The notes: a model not told the origin generated them from the letters alone. DNA of 64,000 bases from Flaccisagitta enflata (GCA_965153355.1 OZ231126.1:26474001-26538000), one strand, 5' to 3'. Positions 14,863 through 30,005 are shown, counted from the stretch's first letter. Numbers and translations: made by a program.

Positions 14863-16768
14863 AGGTAACTTTTCGAGACGTTGGCTCTACGTAAAGGCAA
14901 AGACGTGGCGGAATTAGAATCCGCATCATGAGCATTGTCAACAAGTTTCAAATCCCTGGTTGCGACCGTTGCCGCCTCTCTGAAGGAGGATAATACCCCT
15001 GCATGATCATGAAAGGTAACATTGCTGAAACACTCGCTCTCAATATGAATACATTGCGAGTTTTCACCATTTGATGCCTCATGCAAATAATGCCGATGTC
15101 CCTCGTGGTCGATGGCAGTCACCGTCTGGTCAGTTACCATCAGCAACCCACGGGAGGTAAGCGTTTTGTATCTTTTTGAATAAGCGAGGTAAAAATGGGG
15201 TGTAAAGTCAGTTGGACAGCTGTGATCGATGATCACGTCAATTTGCGACGATGGTTTGGTATCGAGGGTATGCAGCAAGGTTTTGGCACATTCCAATTCA
15301 GACTTAACTTTTGGAGAAGTGTTGATGATTCCACGGACGTCGCAAAACATTTTGCCATCAAATTGACTGTTTTTAAAAAAAAGTCTCTGACAAAACTCAC
15401 GCTCCATCTCGTATAATTGATTTCCCGAGGATTTTGACAATTTCGCGATTGTCTTTGGAGAATAGTGTTCCATTGTCGACGAAAATGCCGCAGTTTTCTG
15501 ACGGATGTGAACAAACAGATTCTTGCTTGCTTTAATGGCGCTTGACTCGTCCAAGGAGAAATTCTTTTCCATGAAGTATCTTTGCACAGTCGCGACCTCG
15601 ATTTCGATGCCGCTCTGTGACTTTTTCAAATGAGGCAGCGTGAAGAGAAGTTTCAAAGTCAGCGTCTGGACGTCAACGTCGACGATGTGAAGATTCAGGT
15701 CATTTTCCATGCTGCCAAAATGGAGTGGATCCGCGTAGAGCGAATCGGGGAATTTTCGCCGAAAGTCGATCAATTGACGGAGTTGCGGTGGCAGGAAAAA
15801 CGGGAATCGACTCGCAGAATATTTATTTTGACGATTTTTTCACTTTCTGTTCATCCAAGCTCATGGGCTCAACGCCATAAGTGGAAGCTTCAGTTTGAGT
15901 CCGGTAGAGGAGAGCGAAAGCGCGACCGTAACGACTACTCAGCCTCTCAACGACGCCAATCATGGATTCCACATTGTCCCAAACCTCTGTCAGTCCCTCG
16001 AAAAGCTCTCGAATCTCTTCTGATGGAAATTGGGTTTTTGGTGATGGCGCGTGAGGAAAATCATCTTCATGAAACCAGTTGACGATTTCTTTCAGATTTT
16101 GCTCGCTGGCGATATTTGGTTGTTCGGGAAGAGTTAAAAATCCTGCTACAGGTGTCGTCAGATCTTTGGGATTCCTGGCTTTGTAATGTGGAGTCACGAT
16201 GCGCAAAAAGTCGAAAATCGCAGAACGATTGACATGGATGCTGTCAACGCTGCCGCTAATGTCAAACTTGGCGTGGTCAAAATGGCATGAACTATGACGT
16301 GAAAAGTTCTCGGTGGCGATGGTTTCTTTATTCTCACCCACTTTTTCATTTCTTCGCGCTGAGATCGCGCAGTTTATCATCTTTTCCGCATTCATCATTT
16401 TCCACCGCCATTCTTCTTCCCTGATCTAGCCCCAGAGCGAGGCTTGATAAATAGTCTTGTAAATATTCATGTAGTTCACCGATAATGTTGGCGTGGACGT
16501 CTCCTCTTTGCCATTTGAGTTTGGCCTCTTTTTCCAACAGCCAATCGGGCATCAGCTTCACCGTTGTCGGGAAGAGCAGGAAGCCGTCTTGTTCGTAGAC
16601 GACCTCCTTGACTGTGATGGCGCTGCAAGTCGAGGGATGAAGAAACGTTTCCGGTTGAAATGAAGCGTCGATGGACATGAGAATGAAGGGGCCGATGAAG
16701 AGGAGGTGGAGGAGGAGACGCACACCGATAGCTGAAGTGCGTGGAGTGAGGTGATGAGCGGGCGACAT
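14863..16768 (-). pseudogene. Paralogue 1 of the glycoprotein family (putative F/Env-like); two frameshifts and 3' truncation
   Basis: ORFs 16346-16768, 15823-16398 and 14853-15773 align collinearly to the 763-aa copy (FQPETFLHPSTCSAITVKEV, LTLKLLFTLP, SNVTFHDH). Lesions are a deletion/frameshift at ~16350-16370 and a 4-nt AAAT duplication at ~15822. The C-terminal TM region is replaced by the satellite array. Confidence 0.9.
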
Positions 16769-16948
16769 CTGGAAAAAAGACAGGAAGAAAGGAAGAAAGG
16801 AGATTGACTGACTCGCGACTCAATTAGAGGTTTTATCTCTCCATTGGTCCATTTGTCCGTTCGTCCGTTTGTCCGTTTGTCCGTCCACGATGTTTAAGTA
16901 AAAAGGTGTGAAGACCCGCATTAATAAGACGCCGTTGTTCGTTAAAAA

Positions 16949-16949
<1 letters not shown>

Positions 16950-17043
<94 letters not shown>

Positions 17044-17285
17044 CGAAAACGAATCGAAAAAGATTTAAATAAAAAATATTAGAAGAAAAAAGGAAAAAAA
17101 AGAAGAAAAAAGGAAGGAAAAAAGAAGAAGAAAAGAAGAAAAAAAAAAAGAAAACAAAAGGAGAATAGAAGAAATTAAGAAGAAAACACGAAGAAAACAA
17201 AGAAGAAAAAAAGAAGAAAAATAGAAAGAAAAAAACAAGAAAAAAGGAAAAAAAAAAGGAAAAAAAAAAAAGAAAATAAAAGATA
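16950..17285. repeat. (CA)n microsatellite followed by A/G-rich low complexity
   Basis: Direct reading. Confidence 0.95.
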
Positions 17286-17642
17286 GACAAGTGACGTGGG
17301 TCACCATATTATTGCAGATGGGTGGGCATGGGCATACAACATCCATCCATACCCCCCCACGCCATGCTCACTCACACACACAGACAATCCTAACAGCATT
17401 ATCACAAATGCGCGTTTTTAAAATTTTTGACACACTGGTAACGAACCAACAGATGGATCAACAGACGGACCAATGGTCCAACGGATGGATCAACGGACTA
17501 ATGGATGGACAAAGCCCCCTTTAGAGTTACGTGTCCACAACTAAGAAAGTGAAAATACCAAATAAAGAAAAAAAAGATAGATTAAGATAAGAAGGAAAAA
17601 AAGAAGAAAAGAAAAAAAGAAAAAAAAGAAAGAATAAAAATG

Positions 17643-18190
17643 GTCGCAAAAGCGTTACATGGTCAGCGGTACCCGATGCCCCTTAATAAGTGTATGTAGG
17701 AATAGGATGATGATAGGGGCAATGGCCCCGGAGACGCCGATGACCTTTGATTCCACATAGGACAATTTTCTCCGGTTTTAGAAACTGCTTTGGGGGCTTG
17801 GAGGCCTGATTTTGGGTTTGAAAGGTCTGATTTAGAGTGTGAGAGGCGTGGTTTGGGGTTTAAGAGGCTTGATTTGGGGTCTGAAAGGCCTGATTTGGGG
17901 TCTGAGGGGTCTAATTTGGAGTTTGAAAGGCCTGATTCAGGGTCTGATCGGCCTGATTTGGGGTCTGAGAGGCCTGATTTGGGGTCTGAGAGGCCTGATT
18001 TGGGATCTGAGAGGCCTGATTAAGGGTTAGAAAGGTCTGATTTGGGGTCTTGAATGCCTGATTTGGGGTCTGAAAGACCTGTTTTGAGGCTAGGGGGGGA
18101 CGAACACACTGACAGACGGCCGATGGAAACCGGAGAAAATTGTCCTATGTGGAATCATAAATCATCGGCCCCTCTGGGGCCGCTTCCCAA
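17643..18190. mobile_element. Non-autonomous element with inverted arms enclosing a 21-bp minisatellite
   Basis: 17736-17778 and 18127-18169 are reverse complements (~3 mismatches). The interior is (GGCCTGATTTGGGGTCTGAGA)n. The end motif GTCGCAAAAG.GTTA.ATGGTCAGCGGTACCC is shared, inverted, with 39358-39389. Confidence 0.65.
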
Positions 18191-18614
18191 AAAAGGAAAA
18201 AAAAGAAAAAAGAAAAAAGAATGGTAGGCGCAGTGAGCGCAATAAGCTTGAGAATGCCAAAAAAGTAAAAAAATGGGACCAACTGACCAAACGATTGACC
18301 AAAAGATCGACGCGACGGAACTTCATAGTGGGTTGTAGAGTCATGTAGAACGCGACCAAAAAGATAAGGAAGAATAGAAAGAAGAAAACAAAAGAAATAA
18401 ATAAAAAAAGAAGAAAAAAAAAGAAAAAAGAAAAAAAAACAGAAAAATGAAAAAACATATAAAAAAACAACAAAGATTAATGTTAGACATAATCGCGTGC
18501 GAGTTGGCAGGGGCAGTGATGTAGGTCATACACGGATTTTAGAAGGCATGGTGACAGACTGACTGCTGCATGTCGGACGGAAATTTGCCATGCAAGCCGT
18601 ACCATATCACATAC

Positions 18615-18759
18615 CTTTGATTTTTGTTTGAGGCGAATCAGTCAGTTGCCTTCTTCGACCCACGTTGCTTTTTTACGCTGATCCACGTTTCATCCTGAAC
18701 CCTAACAGACGCTTGTGACATTCTTAAAAAGTTTCATTCTCTTGAGGAAGATTGTTTTA
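18615..18759 (-). other. Putative upstream (5' UTR) exon of paralogue 1
   Basis: Minus-strand acceptor tttctctttttacag and donor AAG|GTATGT; its 3' part is similar to 24735-24800 upstream of paralogue 2. Confidence 0.45.
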
Positions 18760-19400
18760 CTGTAAAAAGAGAAAAACGAGTTATAGGTAACTGTTGTAAT
18801 TATAATTGTTAAGAAGCTAAACTGTGTGCTTCAAGTCTTTATACCGTATTGTCAAAACATGATGGAATGAGTAGGTTTACGTCTACGCATGCAAGCAGCA
18901 CTCAGATTTGGAGAACAAAAATGAAAAGGATAACTGATGAAAAAGGAAAACAAGTGACACGGGTCACTAAACTCACTATACCGTTGCGGACGGGTGGGCA
19001 GGGGCGCCCAACCACCATCCACACCCCAACATCCACCCTCACACCCCCTTCTACACATTAACATATAAAAAAAGCTTCAAAATTACAGTCCCCGACTGGG
19101 GACTATAGTTTTTGAAGCTTTCTCGTCGCGTAAACGCGACTCGAGAAGATACACGACAAAAAAAATGAATAAATTTCATAAAAAAAAATTTCAAAAAAAA
19201 AATTTCAGAAAAAAAAATTCAAAAAAAAAAAAAGAAAGAAATTTTAAAAAAATTTAAAAAAAAAAAAAAACCAAATTCGAAAAAAAAAAAATAAAAAAAC
19301 AAAAAAAAAAACGTAAAGTCCATGACTGCACACCTTGAACATTAAACAGTGAAGTCCAAGAAAACACACCTTGGTCCTTGGTGTCGGTGCTCACTCGCTC

Positions 19401-19522
<122 letters not shown>

Positions 19523-19807
19523 CGCAAGCCTTTTTACCATGAACTTTGACCAGAGCAAATCTTCTGAACACTATAAGTAGTTCAGCGTTGATTTACAAGT
19601 AACTAAATTAGTAATTGTTTATCATTTAAATCATAATAATGAAATTGCTATAAAGCTGAATAACAACATGAGTGAGTGTAGCATAATATTTAACTAATAA
19701 ATGCATCACACAAAAATCTTTGAACAAATAAACGGTCCTCCGCAATATGCAAATGAGAAAAGTGCAAATCTCCTCAATGAACAATTCACCCACTCTCACA
19801 GCAGTAA

Positions 19808-20280
19808 TATATTACTACATAAATAAGTTTATATCTCATAAACCAGACTTCAGATTTAAATCGAATTTTGCAGGAGCTGTTTAATTGACATTTTTTACCT
19901 ATTTACTAAGTTTTAAAAAAATTAACAAACTTTTGCTACCCTTTGCCTTTGTAAATCGCCTAAGTCCTAGTAACATATTACTACATAAATAAGCTAATAT
20001 CTCCTAAACCAGACTTCAGATTTAATTCGAATTTTGCAGGGGTTGTTCATTTACTATCCTTTACTTTTGTACCAAATTAAAATAAGATTCATAAACTTCT
20101 ACTACCCTTTGCCTATGTAAACCACCTAAGTCCCAGCTAAATATTACTACAAAAATAATAGGCAAAGGGTAGTTAAAGTTTATGAATTTTTTTGAAAATT
20201 GGTACACAAGCTCCTATTGACCTATAAACAACACCAGCAAAGTTTCATAAAATTCTGAAGTCTGGATCCAAAGATATGAG
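19808..20280. repeat. Degenerate ~165-bp tandem repeats with a folded-back copy
   Basis: ATATTACTACA.AAATAA recurs at ~19810, ~19975 and ~20141. 20160-20190 is the reverse complement of ~20087-20115. Confidence 0.6.
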
Positions 20281-20614
20281 AAGGTCATAAACCCACTCAC
20301 CCACCCACGAACAGACTTACACGATCAGGGCTACTTCATAGTCACCGACGAAAACTGTTCGTCGGGGACAAAAAGTACAATTAAATCTATTAGAGCCAAA
20401 ATCAGCCAATATAAGAAATAAAAATGAACAGGCTGAAGAGACAAAGAATTAGCATCTGTTAAAAGCAGAATTCCGTTAAAACCGGTTCCGTTAGCGCGAG
20501 GTTCAACTGTATCTAAAACATTCATTTCTCCACTTGTTGACTCAAGCGGACGGAAAAAAGCCGCGTGTCCGCAACAAAAAAGAGGTTGGAACGAATTAAA
20601 ATTCAGCCATAAAA

Positions 20615-22971
20615 TCAAAACATCATGAACGCTCTCACTCCAAATCTCACTCTGCGATTAGCAAGTCCAACGGGATCAAGATGAACGCAGAAATGGATCA
20701 AAGTATAGACAATCAAACCAGCCATCGCTATCACGGTCAACGCCAATTGCCATGGAAGTAACAAAATAGTCGTGATTCGGTATGTCGTGCGTGGGGCGAT
20801 GAAATACTCATCAACGGCCGACAAGGGACTGTACCAAAACAGCATTATCACGTAGATTCTCGCGGGCCAGAACAATGTCGGAGGTAGTTGGTCAACTAAA
20901 AAGGCGTCACAACGATACCACGCGGCGTTGTAATACTCGGCAACAATGTAGGTTATATCCTGTTGATATTCGACCACATTCTTTGGTTTCCAAAGCAGTT
21001 GAATCAAGTGACCGGTTGAGGCATTGGCCCCCTGATAAGCCTCGTTTTTCTGGAAATGCAGATTCTCATCCATTGTGGCATTGAAAGCTTCCAAATGTGT
21101 GGTGGCAACGATAGCGGCCTCTCTAAATGGTGGAAGTACCTCTGCATGATCATGAAATATAACTTGACTAAAATGTTTGCTATCAATGTGAATACACTGA
21201 GAAGACTTGTCCCTTTCAGATCCCCCATGCAGGTCATGACGAATTCCTTGTCGGTCGACGGCAGTGACTCTCTGATCGGTGACAAGCAGGAGCCCATATA
21301 GGAAGTCAGCGCTTTGTATCGCTTTGAATACCCGAGATAGTAATCGGGTATAAACTCAGAGGGACAACTTTCTTCAATGTCGATGTCAATCGGAATCGAT
21401 GGTTTAGCATCTAGAGTTTCCAGCAAAACTCTTGAGCATCCAAGCTGGGGAATGCCTGGTGGAGAGGAATTGATGATTTCCTGCACGTCGCAAAACATTC
21501 TTGCTATGGACAGACTGTCCTTGAAAAACCGTCTGCGGCAAAATCGGCGCCTCATCACATGGAGCCTACTTCCGGGTGAATTCGCCAAATTGGCGACCAA
21601 CTCTGAAGAAATCGCGGGAGAAGATTGCACCGTCATAAAAGCTGCCGGCATTTTCTGATGACCAAATTCAAGAAACAGATGTTTCGCCGCTTCGAGAGGA
21701 ACCAACTCGTCCAATGAGGCGCCATCCTCCATGAAGTACCTCTCCACAGTCACGGCCTCTATCTCGATGCCAACAGGGGTCTTTCTCAAGTTGGGCAGGG
21801 TAAAGAGGAGCTTCAAGGTGAGGGTCTCGACGTCAACGCCGATGATGAAGAGATTCAAATCATTTTCCAAGCTGTCAAAATAATACGAATCCGCGTAGAG
21901 AGAATTAGGGTAGCGTCGTTGAAAAAGGGTCATATTTCGCAGTTGTGGCGGCAGAAAATAAGGAAATCTACCACCGGTATGATTTGACCAGTTTTTCACT
22001 TTTTGTTCATTCAAGCTCATAGGCTCAGCTCCGGCAGTGGCGGCTTCGGTCAGAGTCCTGTAGATTAGATCGTAAACTTGAAGGTATTGGCTACTGAGTC
22101 CATTGACAACGCCCGTAATTAAGGTTTCATTGTTCCGAATTTCTGGTGATGACAGAGTCTCAAAATGCTGACGCAGCTCATCGGATGGCAAATGAGCTTC
22201 ACGTGATGGTTTGTGTGAGAGTTCATCCTCTTGGAACCAATTGACTATGTTTTCCAGTCTCTGGTCTTTGCCTATTTTGGGTTGTTCTGGCAAGGTCATA
22301 AGACCAACTACCGTCGTTACTGACGTTACCGGATCTTGAGCTCTCTTGGCTTCGTAATATGGAGTGACGAGACGCAGAAAATCGTTGATTGATGATTGAT
22401 CGACGTGGATACTTTTGACATCGCCAAAAATGTCAAACTTGGCGTCGTCAAAATGGCAAACAGTGTGTCGTGGAAACTTCTTGATCACGATTGTTTCTCT
22501 CTTTGATGTTCTTTCATCATTTCTCAAGACATTGTCAGATTCATGAGTGTGGAAATCACGGAAGCTTTCGTCATTTCCGCACAAGCCGGAACTCTCTGCC
22601 ATTTTCTTGCCATTGTCAACCCCCAGTGCGAGACTTGACATATATTCTCGAAGCTGTCGATGTAGTTTACTTACGACAACGGCTTGGATATCTCCACGTC
22701 GCCATTTGAGTTTGGCCACTTCCTCTAACAGCCAATCTGGCGTCAGCTTCACCGTAGTGGGGAAGAGCAGGAAGCCGTCCTGCTCGTGGACGACCTCCTT
22801 GACAGTGATGGCGCTGCAGGTCGACGGATGCAGAAATGTTTCTGGTTGAAAAGCATCGACAGAAATGAGGAGGGAAGGTCCAGTGGATAGGAGGAGGAGG
22901 CGGAGGAAGAGGAAGAGGAGACGCCCGTTGATGAATGAAGCACGCGGAGTAAGACGGTGAGGATGCGACAT
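20615..22971 (-). pseudogene. Paralogue 2 of the glycoprotein family; full length with a single +2 frameshift
   Basis: ORF 21004-23046 (first ATG after the acceptor is 22971) loses homology at TCC TAT AT GGG (~21296-21300). Removing 2 nt gives GLLLVTDQRVTA...HDHAEVLPP, which reads into ORF 20615-21094 for 784 aa. Confidence 0.88.
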
Positions 22972-23149
22972 CTTGGAAAATGAACGAAGGAACGACATAG
23001 AGAAGACAGCTTCTTTGGAATGATCGTATTGGCCTGATTGGTTCAAAGTATGACAGATTTAGCGATATTTTTCGACCAGCGGAATGATAACCAGGTCAAC
23101 CGACAAACCAACCAATTAAAAAACAAGCCCAGGAAACTATGGAAATGGG

Positions 23150-24692
<1,543 letters not shown>

Positions 24693-24734
24693 ATGAAAGT
24701 AAGGCCTGAAAACACCCTCATATCAAATACATAC

Positions 24735-24810
24735 CACTTTTCGTTTGATTTGTGTTTATGGTGAAGCAGTTTCGTTCTTTGATCTCGGTTGATCCACTCA
24801 GTTTCTTCCT
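24735..24810 (-). other. Putative upstream exon (3' part) of paralogue 2
   Basis: Donor GTG|GTATGT at 24734; sequence resembles 18615-18690. 5' boundary uncertain. Confidence 0.4.
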
Positions 24811-24991
24811 TTATTCTCTACGCATCGAAATTTTTCAGGTCGTAAGTGTCTCTAGTAATTTATTCCACTTCCACTTGATTGGATTTTTCAATAAGCAAAG
24901 TCGCATTGACTGGACGTAAAAGGGAGAAATCATAACAAATTTAAGAAAAAAAAACTAGACACGAAAAAAATCAACAGCTGTCAAAGAACTA

Positions 24992-25396
24992 TTACGCGAC
25001 TAAAAAAAAAGCCGCACCCTATTATAAGTGAGTGGAATATGCAGAAAAACCTATTTGAAAATTTTTTTGTTTGACTGATTTTGAAGATTTTTGAATTTTC
25101 TTTCATTTTAGACCAATCCCAGGTCTATATCTCAAACCGATTAGAAGTTTGTCAAAGTTAACCACTTTTTTTGTAAAAGTGCTTATTTTTCAATAGGATT
25201 GCAAAACTGAAAATAGCAATGTTTCCAATCCTTTTAATGCCATTTCTAAACTAATAAAGCTAGAAATACCGGATTGGAGCCAAATGAAAGTTCTTTTTGA
25301 GAGCTTTAAAATGGTCTAAGATTTTATTTGATTTTTTCAAAGTCTAATATGGTAAATTGTCATTTAAAAGTGCGGCTTTTTTATTGATTCGCGTAG
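24992..25396. mobile_element. ~405-bp MITE with TA flanks (Tc1/mariner-like)
   Basis: TTACGCGACTAAAAAAAAAGCCGCAC ... GTGCGGCTTTTTTATTGATTCGCGTAG inverted termini, TA on both sides. Confidence 0.65.
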
Positions 25397-25669
25397 TAAT
25401 AGATTATATGTTATAAAAAAATTTTTGATTCCTATAAAAAACAAGTGATGTTGGGTCACAAAATTATCACGGACCAAGGAAATAGACCAACCGACAGGTG
25501 ATGGACAAAGACAAAGCCTAACAATGAATAACATGCAAGAACATTTTTTTTCTTGGTATCTTTTACCAGTTTATGTTATTCTAGGGTCCGTTACAGCGGA
25601 GTGTAACTGTAAGACGAAATTTCATGCTTTGCCATGTGACAAGAAGTTTTTCTAACTGTGATTCAACAA

Positions 25670-27441
25670 TCAAGATTCTATAATACGCTTCATGACAAAT
25701 ATGTACAATGAAATGAGAACGTTTGAAAGTACCGAAAACTCAAAGTAAGCACGCCAAAGTTTAAGCCAAAAGCCCGCTGCAGCTTCTTCCTCAGCATTCA
25801 TGTTCTGACGACGGTTTACCTCAACGGTCAGCGCCAAAGCAGAATTGAGGATGAATTCAAGGTTCACTTTTGAAAGTTTGAATAGTGATGGAGGCACCAT
25901 ACCTGCCAAGTACTTATCAACGCGATACCACGCTGCATTATAAAAGCGAGCCATCATGTGGAAAATGTCCTCATTGAACTCCGTCACCTCCTTTGGTTTC
26001 CAAAGAGTTTGAATCAAAACGTAACGACTGTCATTGGAACTCATGGGAAACATTTCCTCCCTCTTCTTTCTCAAATACCTTAGATTTTCCTCATGGGCAT
26101 TGTGTGGAAGGTCCGATCGCTTCGTGGAGTAAACAGCTTTCTTCTTGTAAGGTGGAAGTACCATTTCATGATCATGGATTGTGACATTATCGAATTTGAA
26201 ACTGTCAACGTGAATGCATTGAGATGATTTGCATTTCTTTGATTTCTTGTTGAGGTGGTAAAGCCTTCCTTGATAATCTGTTGCAGTTAATTTTTGATCA
26301 GTAACGAGTAGGAGTCCTTTAGTGGTGAATGTCACAGATCTTTTTGATTGTGAGAGATCAGAATTTAACATAAAATCCACGACGCAACTCCCCCGAATAT
26401 CTGCTTCCACAAGTGGAGAGGGATGATCGTCGAGGGTTTGCAGCAGAGTCTTGGAACAGTTTGTTTCAGCCGTATCTTGACTTTCAGCAACGATGGAGTT
26501 TGTATCACAAAACATCCGGTCAAGTAACCAATCCTGAAAATGCCGTCTCCTGCAAAACTCCCTCCACATGGGATGCAGATGATTGAATGGGGATCTCGCC
26601 AAGTCAGCGAGATACTTGGCGGAATACCGATGCCATGGTCGAAGCAGAGGGACATTTGGGCCGAATTGAAGGAACAGACGACGGGTAGCTTGGATGGTTG
26701 TCTTTTCCTCAATTGAAGCGCTTTCTTCTATGAAATATCGGTTCACTGTAACGAGTTCAAGTTCCATCCCGGCCGGTGTTTTTTTCAAGTTGGGTAGCGT
26801 GTAGAGCAGTTTCAAAGTGAGAGTCTCCACGTCAATGCCCACAATATATATGTTTAAATCACTCTCAGCTCGGTCAAAGTACAGAGAGTCAGCGTAGAAG
26901 GAATCCGGAAAGTGTTCTTGAAATGTGGCCATGTTTTTCATTTGTTGAGGGAGAAGGACAGGGAATCTTTTGTCCTCAGGGTCTACAGTCCGTGATTTCC
27001 GCTCTTTCAAGCTTAATGCCTCAGCTCCCCAAGCGGTGTCCAACACAGCTCTTTGAAGAACCTCAAGCATTTTTTCGTAATAGAAGGCAATATTATTCAT
27101 CTCTAAAACACTTATCAAGAAATCAGGTTTGTCTGCCACTTCAATCAGGGTCTCATATATCCGATCGAGATATCTGTGAGGATACTGAAACTTATCAGAA
27201 TGATTGAATTTCTGTCTAGAAAACCAATCAATGATCTGTTTTATTTTCTGTTCTTTGCCTACTCTGGGTTGAGTTGGCAATGTGTACAATCCCACCACGG
27301 TATTATTGTCTCTAAATTTCCTGGCTTGGTAATGAGGAGTCACATGACGAAGGAAGTCATAAATGGAGGCATTTCGGATGTGAATACTCTCGTAGTCCCC
27401 TTGGGCGTTTTTCTTTGCCGCGTCGTCATCGGGAACAATTG
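25670..27441 (-). CDS. Paralogue 3, large 3' coding exon (putative F/Env-like glycoprotein, divergent copy)
   Basis: The 611-aa ORF aligns to the family from KNAQGDYESIHI to FYNAAWY and has a C-terminal hydrophobic segment. Acceptor ...atttacaag ends at 27442. No internal stops. Confidence 0.85.
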
Positions 27442-27507
27442 CTTGTAAATTCCCAAGATGGTTTGTCAACAATGAAAAAACTCGCTTAGATACTAAACTA
27501 CGCATAC

Positions 27508-27535
27508 CGTGTCCTGGACGGAATCGACTGAACTT
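27508..27535 (-). CDS. Predicted 28-nt micro-exon of paralogue 3 (KFSRFRPGH+G)
   Basis: Acceptor ccattctatttatcggtag and donor G|GTATGC. It reconciles the phase-0 donor at 36569 with the phase-1 acceptor at 27442. KFSR matches KFPR/NFSR/DFPR in the paralogues. Confidence 0.55.
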
Positions 27536-28158
27536 CTACCGATAAATAGAATGGTCAAATAGTTCAAATTTCTCTCTGTTCTTGATGCTCGGGAACCTTT
27601 CAAACGTTACCTTAAGGCAGAACCCTTGTTGGACTGGGGATTTTCAGTGAGCATCTGAGAGGGTCTAAGAGGCTGTGATGGACCGTCACCTTGGCGACAT
27701 TTTGTCGAGCCGAGAAAAAAGCAAACTTCTTCATTTAGCCATTTAAGGATACTTTTTTTATACCTCAGTGTATGTCGTCCCCGTAGGTATTCAACCATTA
27801 TAATATCATTTCCTTAAATGGCCGTGTTAATTTGTACAGACTGTGGTATGGTACTAAGCAATCATTACACAGACTATGAGCTCACTGGCGATGGTAAGTG
27901 CCTATGCTACGTATTTTCTGTCAAGGCCTAGAGCACGTGTGAAAAGTTCTTCTACATCTATACTCTGCTCTACTTTGTCGCAGTTAAAAAATTATGTTTG
28001 TCATTTTCTTTTCGCATTTATTTGCGTTTTCTTGTTTTCATTGTTTTTTTTTCTTTTTTTTATGATTCATTATTTGACCTTCACTTTTTTAGTGGGGACA
28101 CACTTCTAATAGAGGCTGCGCCAGTTGGTTAGACGGGCCGAGACGCTCGTGTTCAAAA

Positions 28159-28161
<3 letters not shown>

Positions 28162-28228
<67 letters not shown>

Positions 28229-28259
28229 CAGAGAGAGACAAAGAGAGAGACAGAGAGAC

Positions 28260-28338
<79 letters not shown>
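28162..28338. repeat. (GA)n microsatellite
   Basis: Direct reading. Confidence 0.95.
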
Positions 28339-28341
<3 letters not shown>

Positions 28342-28929
28342 AGTCAGACACAGCGAGACATCCTGACAGACATAGAGTGACAGAATTACAGACAGCGACA
28401 CAGTACGACAGACACAGCGAGACAGTACAACAGACACAGCGAGACAATACATCAGACACAGCGAAACAGTAAGATAGACACAGAAAGATAGTAAGATAGA
28501 CACAAAAAGACTGACAGACTAAGACAGACAGATATGCATGTATAAACACTGCATAAACACAGTTTTTATGTCCTTGATAGCCACAAAGTTGGAACTGCAG
28601 AATCGACAATGGTGGCCTCGTCTGTGTGTTTTGTCCCCTGCTTCATCAAGTTTGGCAAACTCATGTTCGATGGTGTCATCTTTGTTGGCATCATTATAAT
28701 TGGCAGCAACATAATCAACAGGTTCACGCTCATCAGTGACATGCCTAACTACGTCAAGTCCAATGAAGTGAGTTATAAAACTGCATGCCCATGATAAACT
28801 TTTGTTTATAAGGCATCTGATCTGATATTTGAAAGAGGGAAGGAAAGGAAGAAAGAGAGAAAGAAAGAAAGAAAGAAAGAAAGAAACAAACAAACAAACA
28901 AATAAACAAAAGAGAATGCACAGATACAT

Positions 28930-29128
28930 GGCTACCGAAGTCGCGTGCGGGTGGGTAGGGGCCATATTTGAGCAGGAGCAGTGGGGTCAAAAAAATGAAA
29001 TCTTAAAAGAACGTAAGACGTGACCGACCGACCAACCAACCGGCTGACCAACCGACTGACCAACCGACTGACCAACCAACCAACTGACGGACAAAGCAGG
29101 TTGTAGAGTCGCGTGCACGCGACTAAAA
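28930..29128 (+). mobile_element. Short Helentron/DINE-like (HINE-type) interspersed repeat
   Basis: Internal (GACC/AACC)n tract, ending TAGAGTCGCGTGCACGCGACTAAAAA (terminal hairpin + A tract). Related ends occur at 29451, 31927, 36090 and 48120. Confidence 0.55.
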
Positions 29129-29450
29129 AGGTAGGTGGAAACGAGGAGTGAACGGATGAAAGGAAGGAAATAAGTGAGGCGGGGTCACAATATTGTTGCA
29201 GACAGATGGGCAGGGGCATGCAATCCCCATTCGCACCCAATGCCCCCCACACATACACAAGAATAACTAAAACATTCCTTTTTGCACTTCTCCTTTCCTT
29301 TTTTTGCCCTGCGAATTAGTGACTCATCAAAACCAGATTTTGTATAAAAATGGGGAAAATGATCCAAATGGGTGCTTCACATGGCAATAGTAGGCTTTTT
29401 CTTTTCACCCTCTTTACCTGATGTTGAGTGGCTAATTTTAAGACGTACGA

Positions 29451-30005
29451 TTTTTAGTCGCGTGCTACGCGACTCTACACCCCGCTTTGTCCGTCGGTCG
29501 GTTGGTCGGTTGGTCGGTTGGTCACACTCTACTTTTTTTATCCGTTTTATTCCTACTAACTCAACTTAAGTAAATTAGGTCATTTAAAGTCAAATTAGAG
29601 CATTTTAAGTCATTTTGGGTCATTTAAAGTCAGTTTAAGTCAATTTATGTCATTTGAGTTATTTTAATAGTTTTCAGCATTTTAGTGATTTTAGATCAAT
29701 TTAATTCAATTTAGGTCAGTTAAATTCAATATAAGTCATTGTAGGTCAATTTAAGTCATTTAAAGTCATTTAAAGTCATTTTAAGTCAATTTAAGTCAAT
29801 TTAAGTCATTTTAGTCACTGGGTCATTATAGTCATTTTAGGTCAATTCAAGTCAATTTGGTCATTTTATGTCATTTTAGGTCATTTTAAATCATTTTAAG
29901 TCATCTTATAACATTTGAATTCAATGAAAGTCATTTTAGTTATGTGGTTATGTAATAAAGTAATTATAAGTCTCGCACGCGACTTATAGGTGTTGGCCTT
30001 GTTTT
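29451..30005 (-). mobile_element. Helentron/DINE-like repeat with an internal 10-bp minisatellite
   Basis: TTTTTAGTCGCGTGCTACGCGACTCTA hairpin end, (GTCG/GTTG)n, (TTAAGTCATT)n-like array, and GCACGCGAC...GGCCTTGTTTT at the other end. Confidence 0.6.

Noticed and set aside
20331-20618. 95-aa ORF abutting paralogue 2
   Set aside because: No counterpart after paralogue 4; covers 3' flank and probable repeat sequence.
27442-27505. ATG at 27505 as the start of a stand-alone 611-aa protein
   Set aside because: The first ~21 residues are non-homologous, there is no signal peptide, and the ATG lies within a GTATGC donor; the true N-terminus is at 36570-37061.
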